This document shows positions 1-8,600 of a stretch of DNA of 64,000 nt, in pieces. The stretch is from Eubacteriales bacterium (GTDB lineage: Bacteria > Bacillota > Clostridia > Oscillospirales > UBA644): the NCBI GenBank assembly GCA_045603745.1, contig JAZUMQ010000037.1, positions 66,224 through 130,223 of the forward strand, written 5' to 3'. The notes under the pieces were generated by a model, which was not told the DNA's origin, ran no database searches, and saw only the letters and a program-made list of their open reading frames with translations. The translations under genes and the position numbers were made by a program. Each line of letters opens with the position of its first letter. Positions within the stretch are counted from its first letter, which is position 1.

Positions 1-141
1 AAAATCCAGCAACGTTCCGTCGGCGTCCAAAAGAATGGTTTTGACTTTCGGCTTAATTACGGCATTTTTCAGCGATAAAATCACGCCGGCAAAAAAGACG
101 AGAATCAGCGCAACGATGGAAAGGACATAATACCAAGCCAT
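1..141 (-). CDS. HAD-superfamily hydrolase-like protein, N-terminal 47 codons only (gene runs off the left edge)
   Basis: Not in the ORF track because it is truncated. ATG at 139-141 on the minus strand with AAGGAG just upstream. Reads MAWYYVLSIVALILVFFAGVILSLKNAVIKPKVKTILLDADGTLLDF: one TM helix followed by the DxDGT motif I of HAD phosphatases. Confidence 0.5.
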   Translation of the reverse strand, partial: MAWYYVLSIVALILVFFAGVILSLKNAVIKPKVKTILLDADGTLLDF

Positions 142-186
142 AGAATCTCCTTTTTGAAAAAGGGGAGCGCGAGGCTCCCCCTAAAA

Positions 187-999
187 TCAGATTTTTTCCA
201 GCCGTTCCGATGCCCGGTCGAGGGAATCGCCTTCAAACAATTCCACAAGCCCACTGTCGCACTGACGGGCAAAATCCGGGTCGAGAGGAATCTTGGCAAG
301 GACGGGGAGGGAATAATCCTCACTGACCTTGTCGATGTGGCTTTCCCCGAACAATTCGATACGTTTTCCGCAATCGGGACATTTGAGATAACTGTAGTTT
401 TCAATCAAGCCGAGAATGGGAATATTCATTTTATTCGCCATATTCACCGCTTTTGCCACAATCATGGAAACCAAATCCTGGGGAGAAGTAACGATGACGA
501 TTCCGTCCACGGGAAGAGATTGGAACACGGTGAGAGGAACGTCGCCGGTTCCCGGAGGCATATCCACGAACATATAGTCCACGTCGCCCCAGATGGCATC
601 GGTCCAGAATTGGGTGACCGTTCCGGCGATGACGGCGCCCCGCCAGATGACCGGGGTAGTTTCGTCCGGCAAAAGAAGATTGGTAGAAACTACGGAAATG
701 CCGGTTTTGGTGCGTGCCGGATACATACCCATTTCATCGCCCTGCAATGGGCCTTTCAGACCGAACAATTTGGGAATGGACGGACCGGTAATATCTGCGT
801 CGAGAATGGCGGTTTTATATCCTTTACGGTTCATCAACACCGCAAGCATGGCGCTGACGGAAGATTTCCCGACCCCGCCTTTCCCGCTGACGACAGCAAT
901 CACTTTTTTTACGTTGCTCATTTCATGGGGCTTTGCTTTGAGGCTTTCCGCGCCTCCGCAATTCTGCCCACAGGTTTTGCAATCATGCGTGCAACCCAT
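187..999 (-). CDS. mrp: Mrp/NBP35/ApbC-family Fe-S cluster carrier ATPase
   Basis: 270 aa. Cys-rich N-terminus (CTHDCKTCGQNC), deviant Walker A VVSGKGGVGKSS, and C-terminal CPDCG. AAGGAGG SD upstream of the ATG. Confidence 0.9.
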   Translation of the reverse strand: MGCTHDCKTCGQNCGGAESLKAKPHEMSNVKKVIAVVSGKGGVGKSSVSAMLAVLMNRKGYKTAILDADITGPSIPKLFGLKGPLQGDEMGMYPARTKTGISVVSTNLLLPDETTPVIWRGAVIAGTVTQFWTDAIWGDVDYMFVDMPPGTGDVPLTVFQSLPVDGIVIVTSPQDLVSMIVAKAVNMANKMNIPILGLIENYSYLKCPDCGKRIELFGESHIDKVSEDYSLPVLAKIPLDPDFARQCDSGLVELFEGDSLDRASERLEKI

Positions 1000-1107
1000 A
1001 ATAGAACCTCCTTGAGGGTAATGATATTCTACTGATTATGATACCACACAAGAGGAAAAAAGTCAAGGGAAAATGGAAAAAAATAAAAAAGATTCGTCTT
1101 TTTTTAC

Positions 1108-1136
1108 TTGACAGACCGACTTTTTGGTGATACAAT
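1108..1136 (+). promoter_or_regulatory. sigmaA-type promoter for the DUF1273 gene
   Basis: TTGACA (1108-1113), 17-nt spacer, TACAAT (1131-1136), with TGn extended -10. Lies 28 nt upstream of the ATG at 1164. Confidence 0.55.
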
Positions 1137-1163
1137 AGAGAAAACGAAGAAAGGGGCGTACCG

Positions 1164-1763
1164 ATGGAGAAAAACATTTTATGGAAACCGGCAGGAGAAG
1201 TTTGTGCATTCTCCGGTTATCGTCCCCAAAAATTGCCCTTTACGTCGGAATCTGACCCGGCTTGCACGATTCTGAAAATGCGTTTGAAAGACGAAATATA
1301 CAATGCCATTCAACAAGGGTGTACGGATTTTCTCTGCGGCATGGCGCTGGGAACAGACACGTGGGCAGCAGAAACGGTTTTGGAGATTCAGAAAACGCTG
1401 GACGGAATCAAACCGGTGCATCTCCATGCCTATCTCCCCTTTCCCGGACAAGATGCAAAATGGAGCGCAAAAAACCGTCGCAGATACCGGGAAATTCTGT
1501 TACAATGTGAATCTGTCACCATCGTTTCGTCCCAATATTTGCCTGATTGCATGGAGAGGAGAAACCGGGCAATGATTCATCGGGCGGATCGGCTGATTGC
1601 CGTATTTGACGGACAAAACGGCGGAACGAAGAATACCATTCGCATGGCGCACGAAAAGGGAATTGAAATCCGGATCTTATCCCCCGTTCCCCCGGAATAT
1701 ACCCCCGTAAAGCCGGGCGACGAGCCGCCGGAAGAAGAGGGGCAAATCAAATTGTTTTTCTAA
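1164..1763 (+). CDS. DUF1273 / SLOG-fold (YpsA-like) protein
   Basis: 199 aa. The FSGYRPQKLPF ... FLCGMALGTDTWAAE ... DRLIAVFDG pattern is typical of the YpsA/DUF1273 family. Pro/Glu-rich C-terminal tail. Confidence 0.7.
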   Translation: MEKNILWKPAGEVCAFSGYRPQKLPFTSESDPACTILKMRLKDEIYNAIQQGCTDFLCGMALGTDTWAAETVLEIQKTLDGIKPVHLHAYLPFPGQDAKWSAKNRRRYREILLQCESVTIVSSQYLPDCMERRNRAMIHRADRLIAVFDGQNGGTKNTIRMAHEKGIEIRILSPVPPEYTPVKPGDEPPEEEGQIKLFF

Positions 1764-1768
1764 AAATT

Positions 1769-1796
1769 GAGAGAGCCATCCGGCTCTCTCTTATTC
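1769..1796. terminator. bidirectional intrinsic terminator
   Basis: Hairpin GAGAGAGCC-atcc-GGCTCTCTC, flanked by an A-run upstream and TTATT downstream. Sits between two convergent genes. Confidence 0.6.
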
Positions 1797-1804
1797 AATA
1801 AAAT

Positions 1805-2437
1805 TTAGAATGGATATTGCAACTTAATAAATCTGTAAATATGTCCTCCCGTATTATCTGCCGTACTTGAAGCAGGTGGGAAACGCTCACCCAACGGTTT
1901 ATTATAACCATACATATGAGGTCCCGTTCTCCAAGAAACACATATTGTTCCATTCGACCCAATACTTGTAACTAGTGTTGAATGCCCAAATCCAGGATAT
2001 CCATGAGCTCCTGCTGTGTTATATTTAATTTGTATCACATCCCCAATTTCTGGACGTTCATTGACGTTGGGGATTGAAGAAACAGATGTTGCGATCGTCG
2101 CATTTTTAATATAAGAACTATGAGGACCTGTCTTGTATTGTTGAGAATTATTATACACGATAAATTGATATAGCTGATTTACCCCTGCCCAAGAAGATGA
2201 TCGGTCTGACAATCCTCGAAAATACCAACTATTTCCCGAACCATTTACACCAAATTTCATAGTAAATCCCGCTCGCAGACAATGCGAAATGAAATTTGTA
2301 CAATCCCAATTGTTTTCGCTTACCTCGGACATATCAACGTAAGTATCTGTTGAATTTATAGGTATAGGATTTCTTACATATTCCTCATTTGTCAAAATTG
2401 TCTGTGCATAATGTTTTGCACGATAACCACAATCCAT
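1805..2437 (-). CDS. Amidase_6-type putative cell-wall amidase domain (papain-like Cys/His); probably the C-terminal part of an amber-interrupted gene
   Basis: 210 aa. NWDCTNFISHCLRAG (catalytic Cys context) and PGFGHSTLV (His) match the putative amidase domain family. No SD precedes ATG 2435-2437. Same reading frame as the upstream ORF. AT-rich composition. Confidence 0.6.
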   Translation of the reverse strand: MDCGYRAKHYAQTILTNEEYVRNPIPINSTDTYVDMSEVSENNWDCTNFISHCLRAGFTMKFGVNGSGNSWYFRGLSDRSSSWAGVNQLYQFIVYNNSQQYKTGPHSSYIKNATIATSVSSIPNVNERPEIGDVIQIKYNTAGAHGYPGFGHSTLVTSIGSNGTICVSWRTGPHMYGYNKPLGERFPPASSTADNTGGHIYRFIKLQYPF

Positions 2438-2482
2438 CCAGTTGTCAAAAGAAATAGACGTCGTTATCGATGAGTTTTCTAT

Positions 2483-3223
2483 CTACGACACAAAAGAAGC
2501 ATCCTCCATGGCAAAACACTCAATCTGAAATTCATCATACACATTTTGCATTGATATTTCCGTTTGAGTCAACAAACTGTCGATTGAAGCATAAACATCT
2601 TTCACTTCTAAATTAGTCATAAGATTTTGGAAATCAAATAAATCTAATTGCCCCCCTCGAACGGAGCTTTCAAAGCTTGCAGGATCCTCATTGTACCAAT
2701 CAATAATAATCGGTTCTGCGGGATTTTGAACCCCAATCTGAACACATTCTCCTAAATAAGACCTCTCCGTCAATCCGGCATATTGTAATTCCAAGTGACA
2801 AGCAACCTTACAAACAAGAATATCCCCTATTGCTTTCCAATCTAAAACCGTATATGACCCGTCTATATACTCTTCAAGCAACCCTGATGCACGATTATAT
2901 GAAGTATCATAAATAAGCTTACTTTTCAAATATCCTTTTAAGGTAGTAGACAACGGCAAATTTTCTATTTCAGAATTCACATATTTAAAGGGTGTTGAAT
3001 CTGTTTGTAAAGATTTTTTGTCATTGCCGATAACGATAGTTGAACTTCGTTCTAAGCGATTGTATAATTCTATAGTATCCGTTATTAAATTAAAATACGG
3101 AATCAATTGTTCCTCCGTTAAATCATCAAAAGAATCCGGAACTATAACATAATTCTCTGCAACGATCGGAACCGATTGCATAAGCACAACAATCGCAAAT
3201 AGCACTACTAAAACTTTTTTCAT
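2483..3223 (-). CDS. secreted protein of unknown function (likely the N-terminal part of the Amidase_6 protein)
   Basis: 246 aa. Signal peptide MKKVLVVLFAIVVLMQSVPIVA. GGGAGG SD 7 nt upstream of the ATG. Ends at TAG 2483-2485, in frame with the downstream amidase ORF. Confidence 0.65.
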   Translation of the reverse strand: MKKVLVVLFAIVVLMQSVPIVAENYVIVPDSFDDLTEEQLIPYFNLITDTIELYNRLERSSTIVIGNDKKSLQTDSTPFKYVNSEIENLPLSTTLKGYLKSKLIYDTSYNRASGLLEEYIDGSYTVLDWKAIGDILVCKVACHLELQYAGLTERSYLGECVQIGVQNPAEPIIIDWYNEDPASFESSVRGGQLDLFDFQNLMTNLEVKDVYASIDSLLTQTEISMQNVYDEFQIECFAMEDASFVS

Positions 3224-3304
3224 AATAAACCTCCCAAAAAAGAATTGAACTCACTTTAAAGCAATCATTATAAAAATCGAAAGCTCTCACACTCTCAATT
3301 TCTA

Positions 3305-3342
3305 ATAAAAAAGCACGTAAGCCAACCTCTCGACTCACGTGC
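3305..3342 (-). terminator. intrinsic terminator of the 29-codon gene
   Basis: Minus strand reads GCACGTGAG-12 nt loop-CTTACGTGC (9 bp, one G-U), followed by TTTTTTATT. The hairpin begins 3 nt after the TAG stop. Confidence 0.55.
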
Positions 3343-3344
3343 AA

Positions 3345-3434
3345 CTATTTGCTTGCTTCAACACAATCCTTCCAAAGGGAAAATTTCAAAAAAGCAATTT
3401 GCAACGAGCCGGCTATATTTAAAACGGACTTCAT
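3345..3434 (-). CDS. unannotated 29-aa amphipathic peptide MKSVLNIAGSLQIAFLKFSLWKDCVEASK
   Basis: Below the ORF-track size cutoff. ATG 3432-3434, AAAGGAG SD 8 nt upstream, its own promoter (3461-3490) and a terminator (3305-3342) directly after the stop. Hand-translated. Confidence 0.45.
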   Translation of the reverse strand: MKSVLNIAGSLQIAFLKFSLWKDCVEASK

Positions 3435-3460
3435 ACAAAACACTCCTTTTTCCTGATTCT

Positions 3461-3490
3461 ATTATATCATATTTTGCAACACAAAATCAA
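3461..3490 (-). promoter_or_regulatory. sigmaA-type promoter of the 29-codon gene
   Basis: Minus strand: TTGATT (3485-3490), 18-nt spacer, TGaTATAAT (-10 at 3461-3466). Confidence 0.45.
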
Positions 3491-3602
3491 TATGGCACAA
3501 TATACAAAATATTAAAAAAAACATGTGCAGTCTGCCTAAAACAAAATTGTTGCAAAAATAAAGATATCAGAATTTTCATCGCTAATCTACTTGAATTTTC
3601 GC

Positions 3603-3645
3603 AAAAACCACCCGAAAAAGAATTTCTTTTTCGGGTGGTTTTTTA
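3603..3645. terminator. bidirectional intrinsic terminator ending the eight-gene ABC operon
   Basis: Perfect 14-bp stem ACCACCCGAAAAAG / CTTTTTCGGGTGGT (3607-3639), flanked by an A-run and a T-run. Lies 6 nt downstream of the stop at 3651. Confidence 0.85.
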
Positions 3646-3650
3646 TCCGA

Positions 3651-4664
3651 TCATTCGACTAGACCGGAGCGTTCAATACTCTGAATGAAGTACCGTTGGG
3701 CGAAGAGGAAGACGATCAACAAAGGTAGGATAATCAAAAGACAAGCCGTATCGTTAATCGCCATCGCCTGAGCTTCGTCTTTAATGGAAGAAGCAACGTT
3801 GGCTGCCTTATTGGCAAGGATCTCCAACTTAGGCAACAGCATGCTGTTGTAGGTGGTATCGGTCCACTGCCAAGTAAAGGCGAACAGGAAGACGGTGATC
3901 ATCATGTTTGCCGCGTTGGGAAGCATGATGGAGAAGAAGGTCCGGAAGAATCCCGCACCGTCGATGTAGGCAGAATTTTCCAATTCCTTGGGAAGACCCC
4001 GGAAGAACTGACGCATCAAATAAATGTAAAGCCCGTTCTTCAGACCCAACCCCACTGCCGACAAAATGACCAAAGGCCAGTAGGTATTGATCAAACTTAC
4101 GTCCGTTCCGAGGAAATGAGAGAAGCGAACGAACAAGGGCAACTGAATGGTCTGGGCGGGGATCATCAAGGTCAACAGAACCATAACGAACAGAAGGTCT
4201 CTGCCCTTAAACTTAAACCGGGCAAAACCGTAACCCACAACGCTTGCAACAAACAACTGGAAGACGGCAACGATCAGAGAGAGCAACGCCGTATTCATGA
4301 AAGAAGTCCAGTAGTTCATATTGAGCATAGCACGTTCGATGAAGTAGGTAGAACCCTGACGGGGAATGTACATAACCGTGTTATCCACGATGTCCTCGGT
4401 GCTAGAGAAAGCAACGACAAACTTGACGAGGAAGGGATACAGGATCATATAGGCAATACCGACAATGATGATAAAGCGGAGAATGATCCAAACCAGTTTT
4501 CCCAATCCGTTCAGATTCAGGTTGCGGCGTTTCCAAGTTTCCCAGTCCACCTTTTCCTTCTGAACTTTATTACCGGAGCGCATTTCGGCAAGAAAGGATT
4601 TCTTACCGCCGGAGGGGAACAATTTTTCTTTGATTTCAAGAATGAATTCTTTGATCTTATCCAT
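3651..4664 (-). CDS. CUT1-type carbohydrate ABC transporter permease (MalG/LacG-like), pair 2
   Basis: 337 aa. Multi-TM with EAA loop ELENSAYIDGAGFFRTFFSIMLP. GGAGGG SD. About 55-aa basic N-terminal extension. Confidence 0.85.
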   Translation of the reverse strand: MDKIKEFILEIKEKLFPSGGKKSFLAEMRSGNKVQKEKVDWETWKRRNLNLNGLGKLVWIILRFIIIVGIAYMILYPFLVKFVVAFSSTEDIVDNTVMYIPRQGSTYFIERAMLNMNYWTSFMNTALLSLIVAVFQLFVASVVGYGFARFKFKGRDLLFVMVLLTLMIPAQTIQLPLFVRFSHFLGTDVSLINTYWPLVILSAVGLGLKNGLYIYLMRQFFRGLPKELENSAYIDGAGFFRTFFSIMLPNAANMMITVFLFAFTWQWTDTTYNSMLLPKLEILANKAANVASSIKDEAQAMAINDTACLLIILPLLIVFLFAQRYFIQSIERSGLVE

Positions 4665-4677
4665 ATCGTTCCCTCCT

Positions 4678-5634
4678 TTAATCCTGATAGACGATCAACT
4701 TATTGACCAACAAATAGACAACGCCCACAAATAGCAAAAGCAAGACCGTATACATCCAAGAAAATGCAGATGCTACAGAATAAGTAGAAACGTTTTCATA
4801 ATATTTGGCAATGAAGGAGATGGTACTATTGTCCATACTGGTAAACAGATCGATAACGGTGTAGAGCAGGTTTACCAAAATCAAGGGAGAGATCATGGGG
4901 AAGGAAATCTTCCAGAACACTTCCCAGCCGGTAGCACCTTCCACCTTTGCGGCTTCGTACATATTGATAGAAATCGACTGCAAGCCGGAGAGGAAGATCA
5001 ACATCTGAACACCGGAAGAGGTAATTACGGAATAAAGTCCGCCGATGGCACCGGAAACGATGGTTGCAAGACTGGAATTCCCCAGCGCGGAAAGAACCAT
5101 TGCTTCGATCTCCATAGTATTAAACCCGGCGACCCCGGCACCGACGTCCAACTTTTCCCCTTGCTGATATTGGTCTTGCAAACTGGAAAGGTTATCGAAA
5201 TAGGTGACGATACCGGTAGAAAGAACCACGGGGATAAAGAAGATAACACGGGCGACGGATCTGCCTCGGAAATTCTGATTCAGGATATTTGCCATAAAGA
5301 ACGCAAAAATCAAGATAATGAAAATCTGAGGCAACAATGCAATGGTAGAGGAATACACAGTTTTGAGGAAATCGGATTCCACAAAGAGTGCATCGTGGTA
5401 ATTTTGCCAACCAACATAGACGTTTTTCTCACCGTATCGGCCGGCGTTTTCGGAAAAGGAATACTGAATGGACTGCACCAGAGAGGGAATGTAAATAAGA
5501 GCCAAACCGAGAATGACCGGAGAGACAAAAATATAGCCGAACAGACTCTTTTTACGTTCCAAAGAAAGCCGAGGCTTTTTGAGAGGCTTCTTTGCAGGCG
5601 CAGATACTTTTACTTCTGCAATTTTTTCAGCCAT
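4678..5634 (-). CDS. CUT1-type sugar ABC transporter permease (MalF/LacF-like), pair 2
   Basis: The track starts at TTG 5640. I prefer ATG 5632-5634, which has GGAGGG 6 nt upstream. EAA loop MYEAAKVEGATGWEVFWKISFP. Confidence 0.85.
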   Translation of the reverse strand: MAEKIAEVKVSAPAKKPLKKPRLSLERKKSLFGYIFVSPVILGLALIYIPSLVQSIQYSFSENAGRYGEKNVYVGWQNYHDALFVESDFLKTVYSSTIALLPQIFIILIFAFFMANILNQNFRGRSVARVIFFIPVVLSTGIVTYFDNLSSLQDQYQQGEKLDVGAGVAGFNTMEIEAMVLSALGNSSLATIVSGAIGGLYSVITSSGVQMLIFLSGLQSISINMYEAAKVEGATGWEVFWKISFPMISPLILVNLLYTVIDLFTSMDNSTISFIAKYYENVSTYSVASAFSWMYTVLLLLFVGVVYLLVNKLIVYQD

Positions 5635-5636
5635 TT

Positions 5637-8600
5637 TCAACCCTCCTGTGTCGCGTCATTCACATCATCTGTTACCGGAGGTACGGGGGTGGGTTTCTCC
5701 TGGTAAGCAGTTCCTGTGATGGCTTTTTCGTATTCGTTCATGGTGAGAACCAAGTAAGATTTTGCTTTGATCACGGTGCGATCGTTCAATTCCACGTCAT
5801 TGGAATTGTAGTTTACAAGAACGACCTTCTTGCCGCCGTACACGGTAGCAAATACACCGTCGCAAGCAACCCGCTTCAACGCAGGTTCGTAGGTGGGCAA
5901 AGTTCCGGGTTCCGCACCTTCGGGAACGGGGATTTCCGTCCAACCGATCAGTCCTTCGTGATCCAACGCATAGAAGGCGTCGACCGTCATGTGATCGGTA
6001 ATGGATTCATTCACAACGTCATTCAGAACCTTTGCAGCCTCTTTGTAAATTTCCACCGCCCGATCAAAGGTCGAGGTATAATTCAAAGAGAAGTAATTGT
6101 AGAATTCCGTGTAGTCGAAGACCGAATCTTCGGCACCCATCCAGCGGAAGGTGAAAGCAGAACCGGTTTCCAGAGCCAACAGAAGGGCGGTTTCGTAGTC
6201 GCCGGTCTGATTGAGGGGTTCCAGAGAATAGTTCACGTAACCGTGAAGCATGATCTGAGTAAAGGGAATGCCGGAAGATTCCGTCATATATTCCGAAGAA
6301 CCGGTAGACAGGCCGAAAATGTGGGAAGCAAACTTCCAGGTATAGAAGTTACCGGTAGAAACCGCAATGTCATACCCATCAAAAGCTTGCAGAACCTTCA
6401 CGTGGTCCTTTTCTGCCCAAGCCCGAGAAACACCTTCGTTGGTCTTATAGTTGGAGTGAAGTTCTTTCCCCAAATTGCCCAATGCGATGTTTTTATTATC
6501 TCCAAGGACTTTTTCAAAGGAAGCTTTATAGGTTTCAGCCATTTCCGCAGAGACTTTGGAAGAAACCAAAATCTTTTCGGTCAAATCATTACGAAGCGAA
6601 CCGGTGGCATTCATTCGATCCACAATGGTAGCAGTGGAACGGTTCATACGCCGGGCGGCGTCTTGAGATTTACTGAATCCGTTTCCGGTAGAAGTCACGT
6701 GGAGGAACTCAACGGAGGGGAAGAATCCCATACCGTTATCGTTGCAGAACTGAACCAAAGAGGTCAATTCCCCTTTCGTTCCCATACAATCGAGCAGTTC
6801 CAGATCTTTGGCAATCACGTTGTTTTCTCCGCCGTTTGCCCAATAGGTATAGCGGGCAACCACGTTGCTGATGCCGGACTCTTTCAGTTTGGTCAGGATT
6901 TCAAGGGATTGTTTGTAAGTGGTCAAAGGCGTTTTCGTCTTAACGGGAACGCCGACGACCGTTTCGTTCATATCCACACAACCAATCAGATCCACAAAGA
7001 AGGGCAACTCGGTTTCCTCAAGTTTTTCTTTGGGGAAAAGATCTTTGGAGATGAAGTAATTTCTCAGATAGGCGGCGTATTCAGGATAGGTCATTCCGCC
7101 TTCGGTAAACAAATATTGAATCCGATACACACCGGTAACGGCGTCTTTGGAAAGCAACAATCCGGAACCGGACTGAGAGCTTCCGGTACCGACAGCGGCC
7201 AAGGAAGTGGAATAGGTGCGGTAATCCCGTTCCGAATAAACCACTTCGTAGTTAATGGAAGAAACCGGGTACGCATTCCCCTGGATAGGACGAGCGACAA
7301 CACTCGCCTGTCCCGCTCCCTCTTCCATGATGGCAATGATACCGCCTCCATTGTATCGGGTGGCGTCCGTAGAAAATTCTCCACGATCGAAAACCAGATA
7401 CGGTGCAAGAATTTGTTCGGAATAATCGGTATCGTATTTCTTATCAAAGGAACCGTCGTTTCCGTAGACTCTCCCTTTGAACACGTCCGTCTTCAAATTC
7501 CCTTTCACGGGAATCACAGCACCGGAACCGTCGGGAACGATCATATAACCGTTGGGATAGGTAGCTTTCGTCGCCCCAAGACCGCGGTACAGGTTAACGG
7601 TATACAACCGCTGTTTGGTGGGGCCCAAGATCAAGGAAGAATCCATGTTGACGGAAAGCCCGTTTTCATTCAGCACGAGATCCACGGGGATCGTGTAAAG
7701 AACGGAACGTTCCGGTCCTTGATAGTCTGCTTTTTCCATTTCCCGCTTAACGTCTTGTGCCGTAAACCCGATGGTTTCCATCAGCGTCTTGACACGACCT
7801 TTTTGCTTGGTCGAGACTTTATCGTAGGAAATGTACATACTCATAACGTCAATGTGGGGGAAGGTTTCAGCGAAACGTTCCTTATCTTCCGCACTGAGCG
7901 CCTGGCTTTTATCTTCTGGGTTGGGAGTAATGTAGCGGTAACAATCGTCAAGAACGTCAAGATATTTCAGATAATCTTTTTCACTGATGACACCGTCTAA
8001 ATACTTATCTTCCAATCCCTTCAAAATGGTATTGTCATAAGTATCTTTCGTAATGACCGGGGGGAACAATTCCTTATCCGGGTCATTCCCGATGGTATAA
8101 ATCAAGCGAAGAGATTGGTCGCCGGTTTTCAACACGTAGAACGAACCGTCCTGAAGACAATTGTCGTAGAAGTTGAAGCTATACCGCTTTCCGGAGGAAT
8201 CGTACGCCTCGACCGACAAAGGAGAAGCAATGGTAGCTTGTTGGCTTGCAGTGAGGGTGGTGTCGGGGTCACGGTCCGGGTTGGAGTGATAGGTAAACCC
8301 GGTCTTTAAATCGACGACAGCAATATCGGTGGTTTCAAAATCAATGTACAGTTCATAACCCTTATTTTTCAAAACCAAGTACATATTGGTCAAACCGGTA
8401 GTACCGCCCTTACTTTTGTTGACTTTACTGTAACCGGCAGGGGCTTTGCCGTAAAGTTGTTCGCCTTCTTCGTCAACAATCAGGGGAGCGTAGAGAATCT
8501 CCACTCCCTCTTCGTTCAAAAGGCCGTTGATAAATTCCTGACGTGCAGCATCGGAAACCTCGTTGGATTCCATAGAATTCAAACCGCAGGCAGAAAGTGC

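Noticed and set aside
2483-2485. In-frame TAG as programmed recoding (pyrrolysine or a reassigned amber codon)
   Set aside because: TAG is used as a genuine stop by spoIIE (46572-46574) and by the 29-codon gene. There are no pyl genes in the window. A nonsense mutation or a true gene boundary is simpler.
1805-3434. Holin-endolysin or prophage lysis cassette interpretation of the small peptide plus amidase
   Set aside because: No phage structural, integrase or terminase genes are nearby. The peptide is too short and is separated by its own terminator. The amidase partner has a Sec signal peptide, so no holin is needed.
3345-3434. AgrD-like autoinducing peptide precursor
   Set aside because: Only five residues follow the single Cys, so there is no acidic C-terminal recognition tail. 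No agrB-like gene is adjacent.
3353-3688. 111-aa plus-strand ORF in the AT-rich spacer
   Set aside because: It has a TTG start without an SD and a Lys/Ile/Phe-rich, low-complexity product. It reads through the 3603-3645 terminator hairpin and overlaps the much better supported minus-strand 29-codon gene.
6963-6974. DMNE tetrapeptide in the lipoprotein as the GH31 catalytic nucleophile signature
   Set aside because: Only the four-residue core matches. The required flanking G-[LIVMF]-W-x context is absent (the sequence is IGCVDMNE). On its own this is likely coincidence.
5592-8000. 802-aa plus-strand ORF antisense to the DUF5696-like gene
   Set aside because: It shares triplet phase with the sense gene, so it is a shadow ORF. 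It has no SD. Its composition is a low-information mirror image (G/R/F/V/H-rich). It spans two sense genes and an operon junction.
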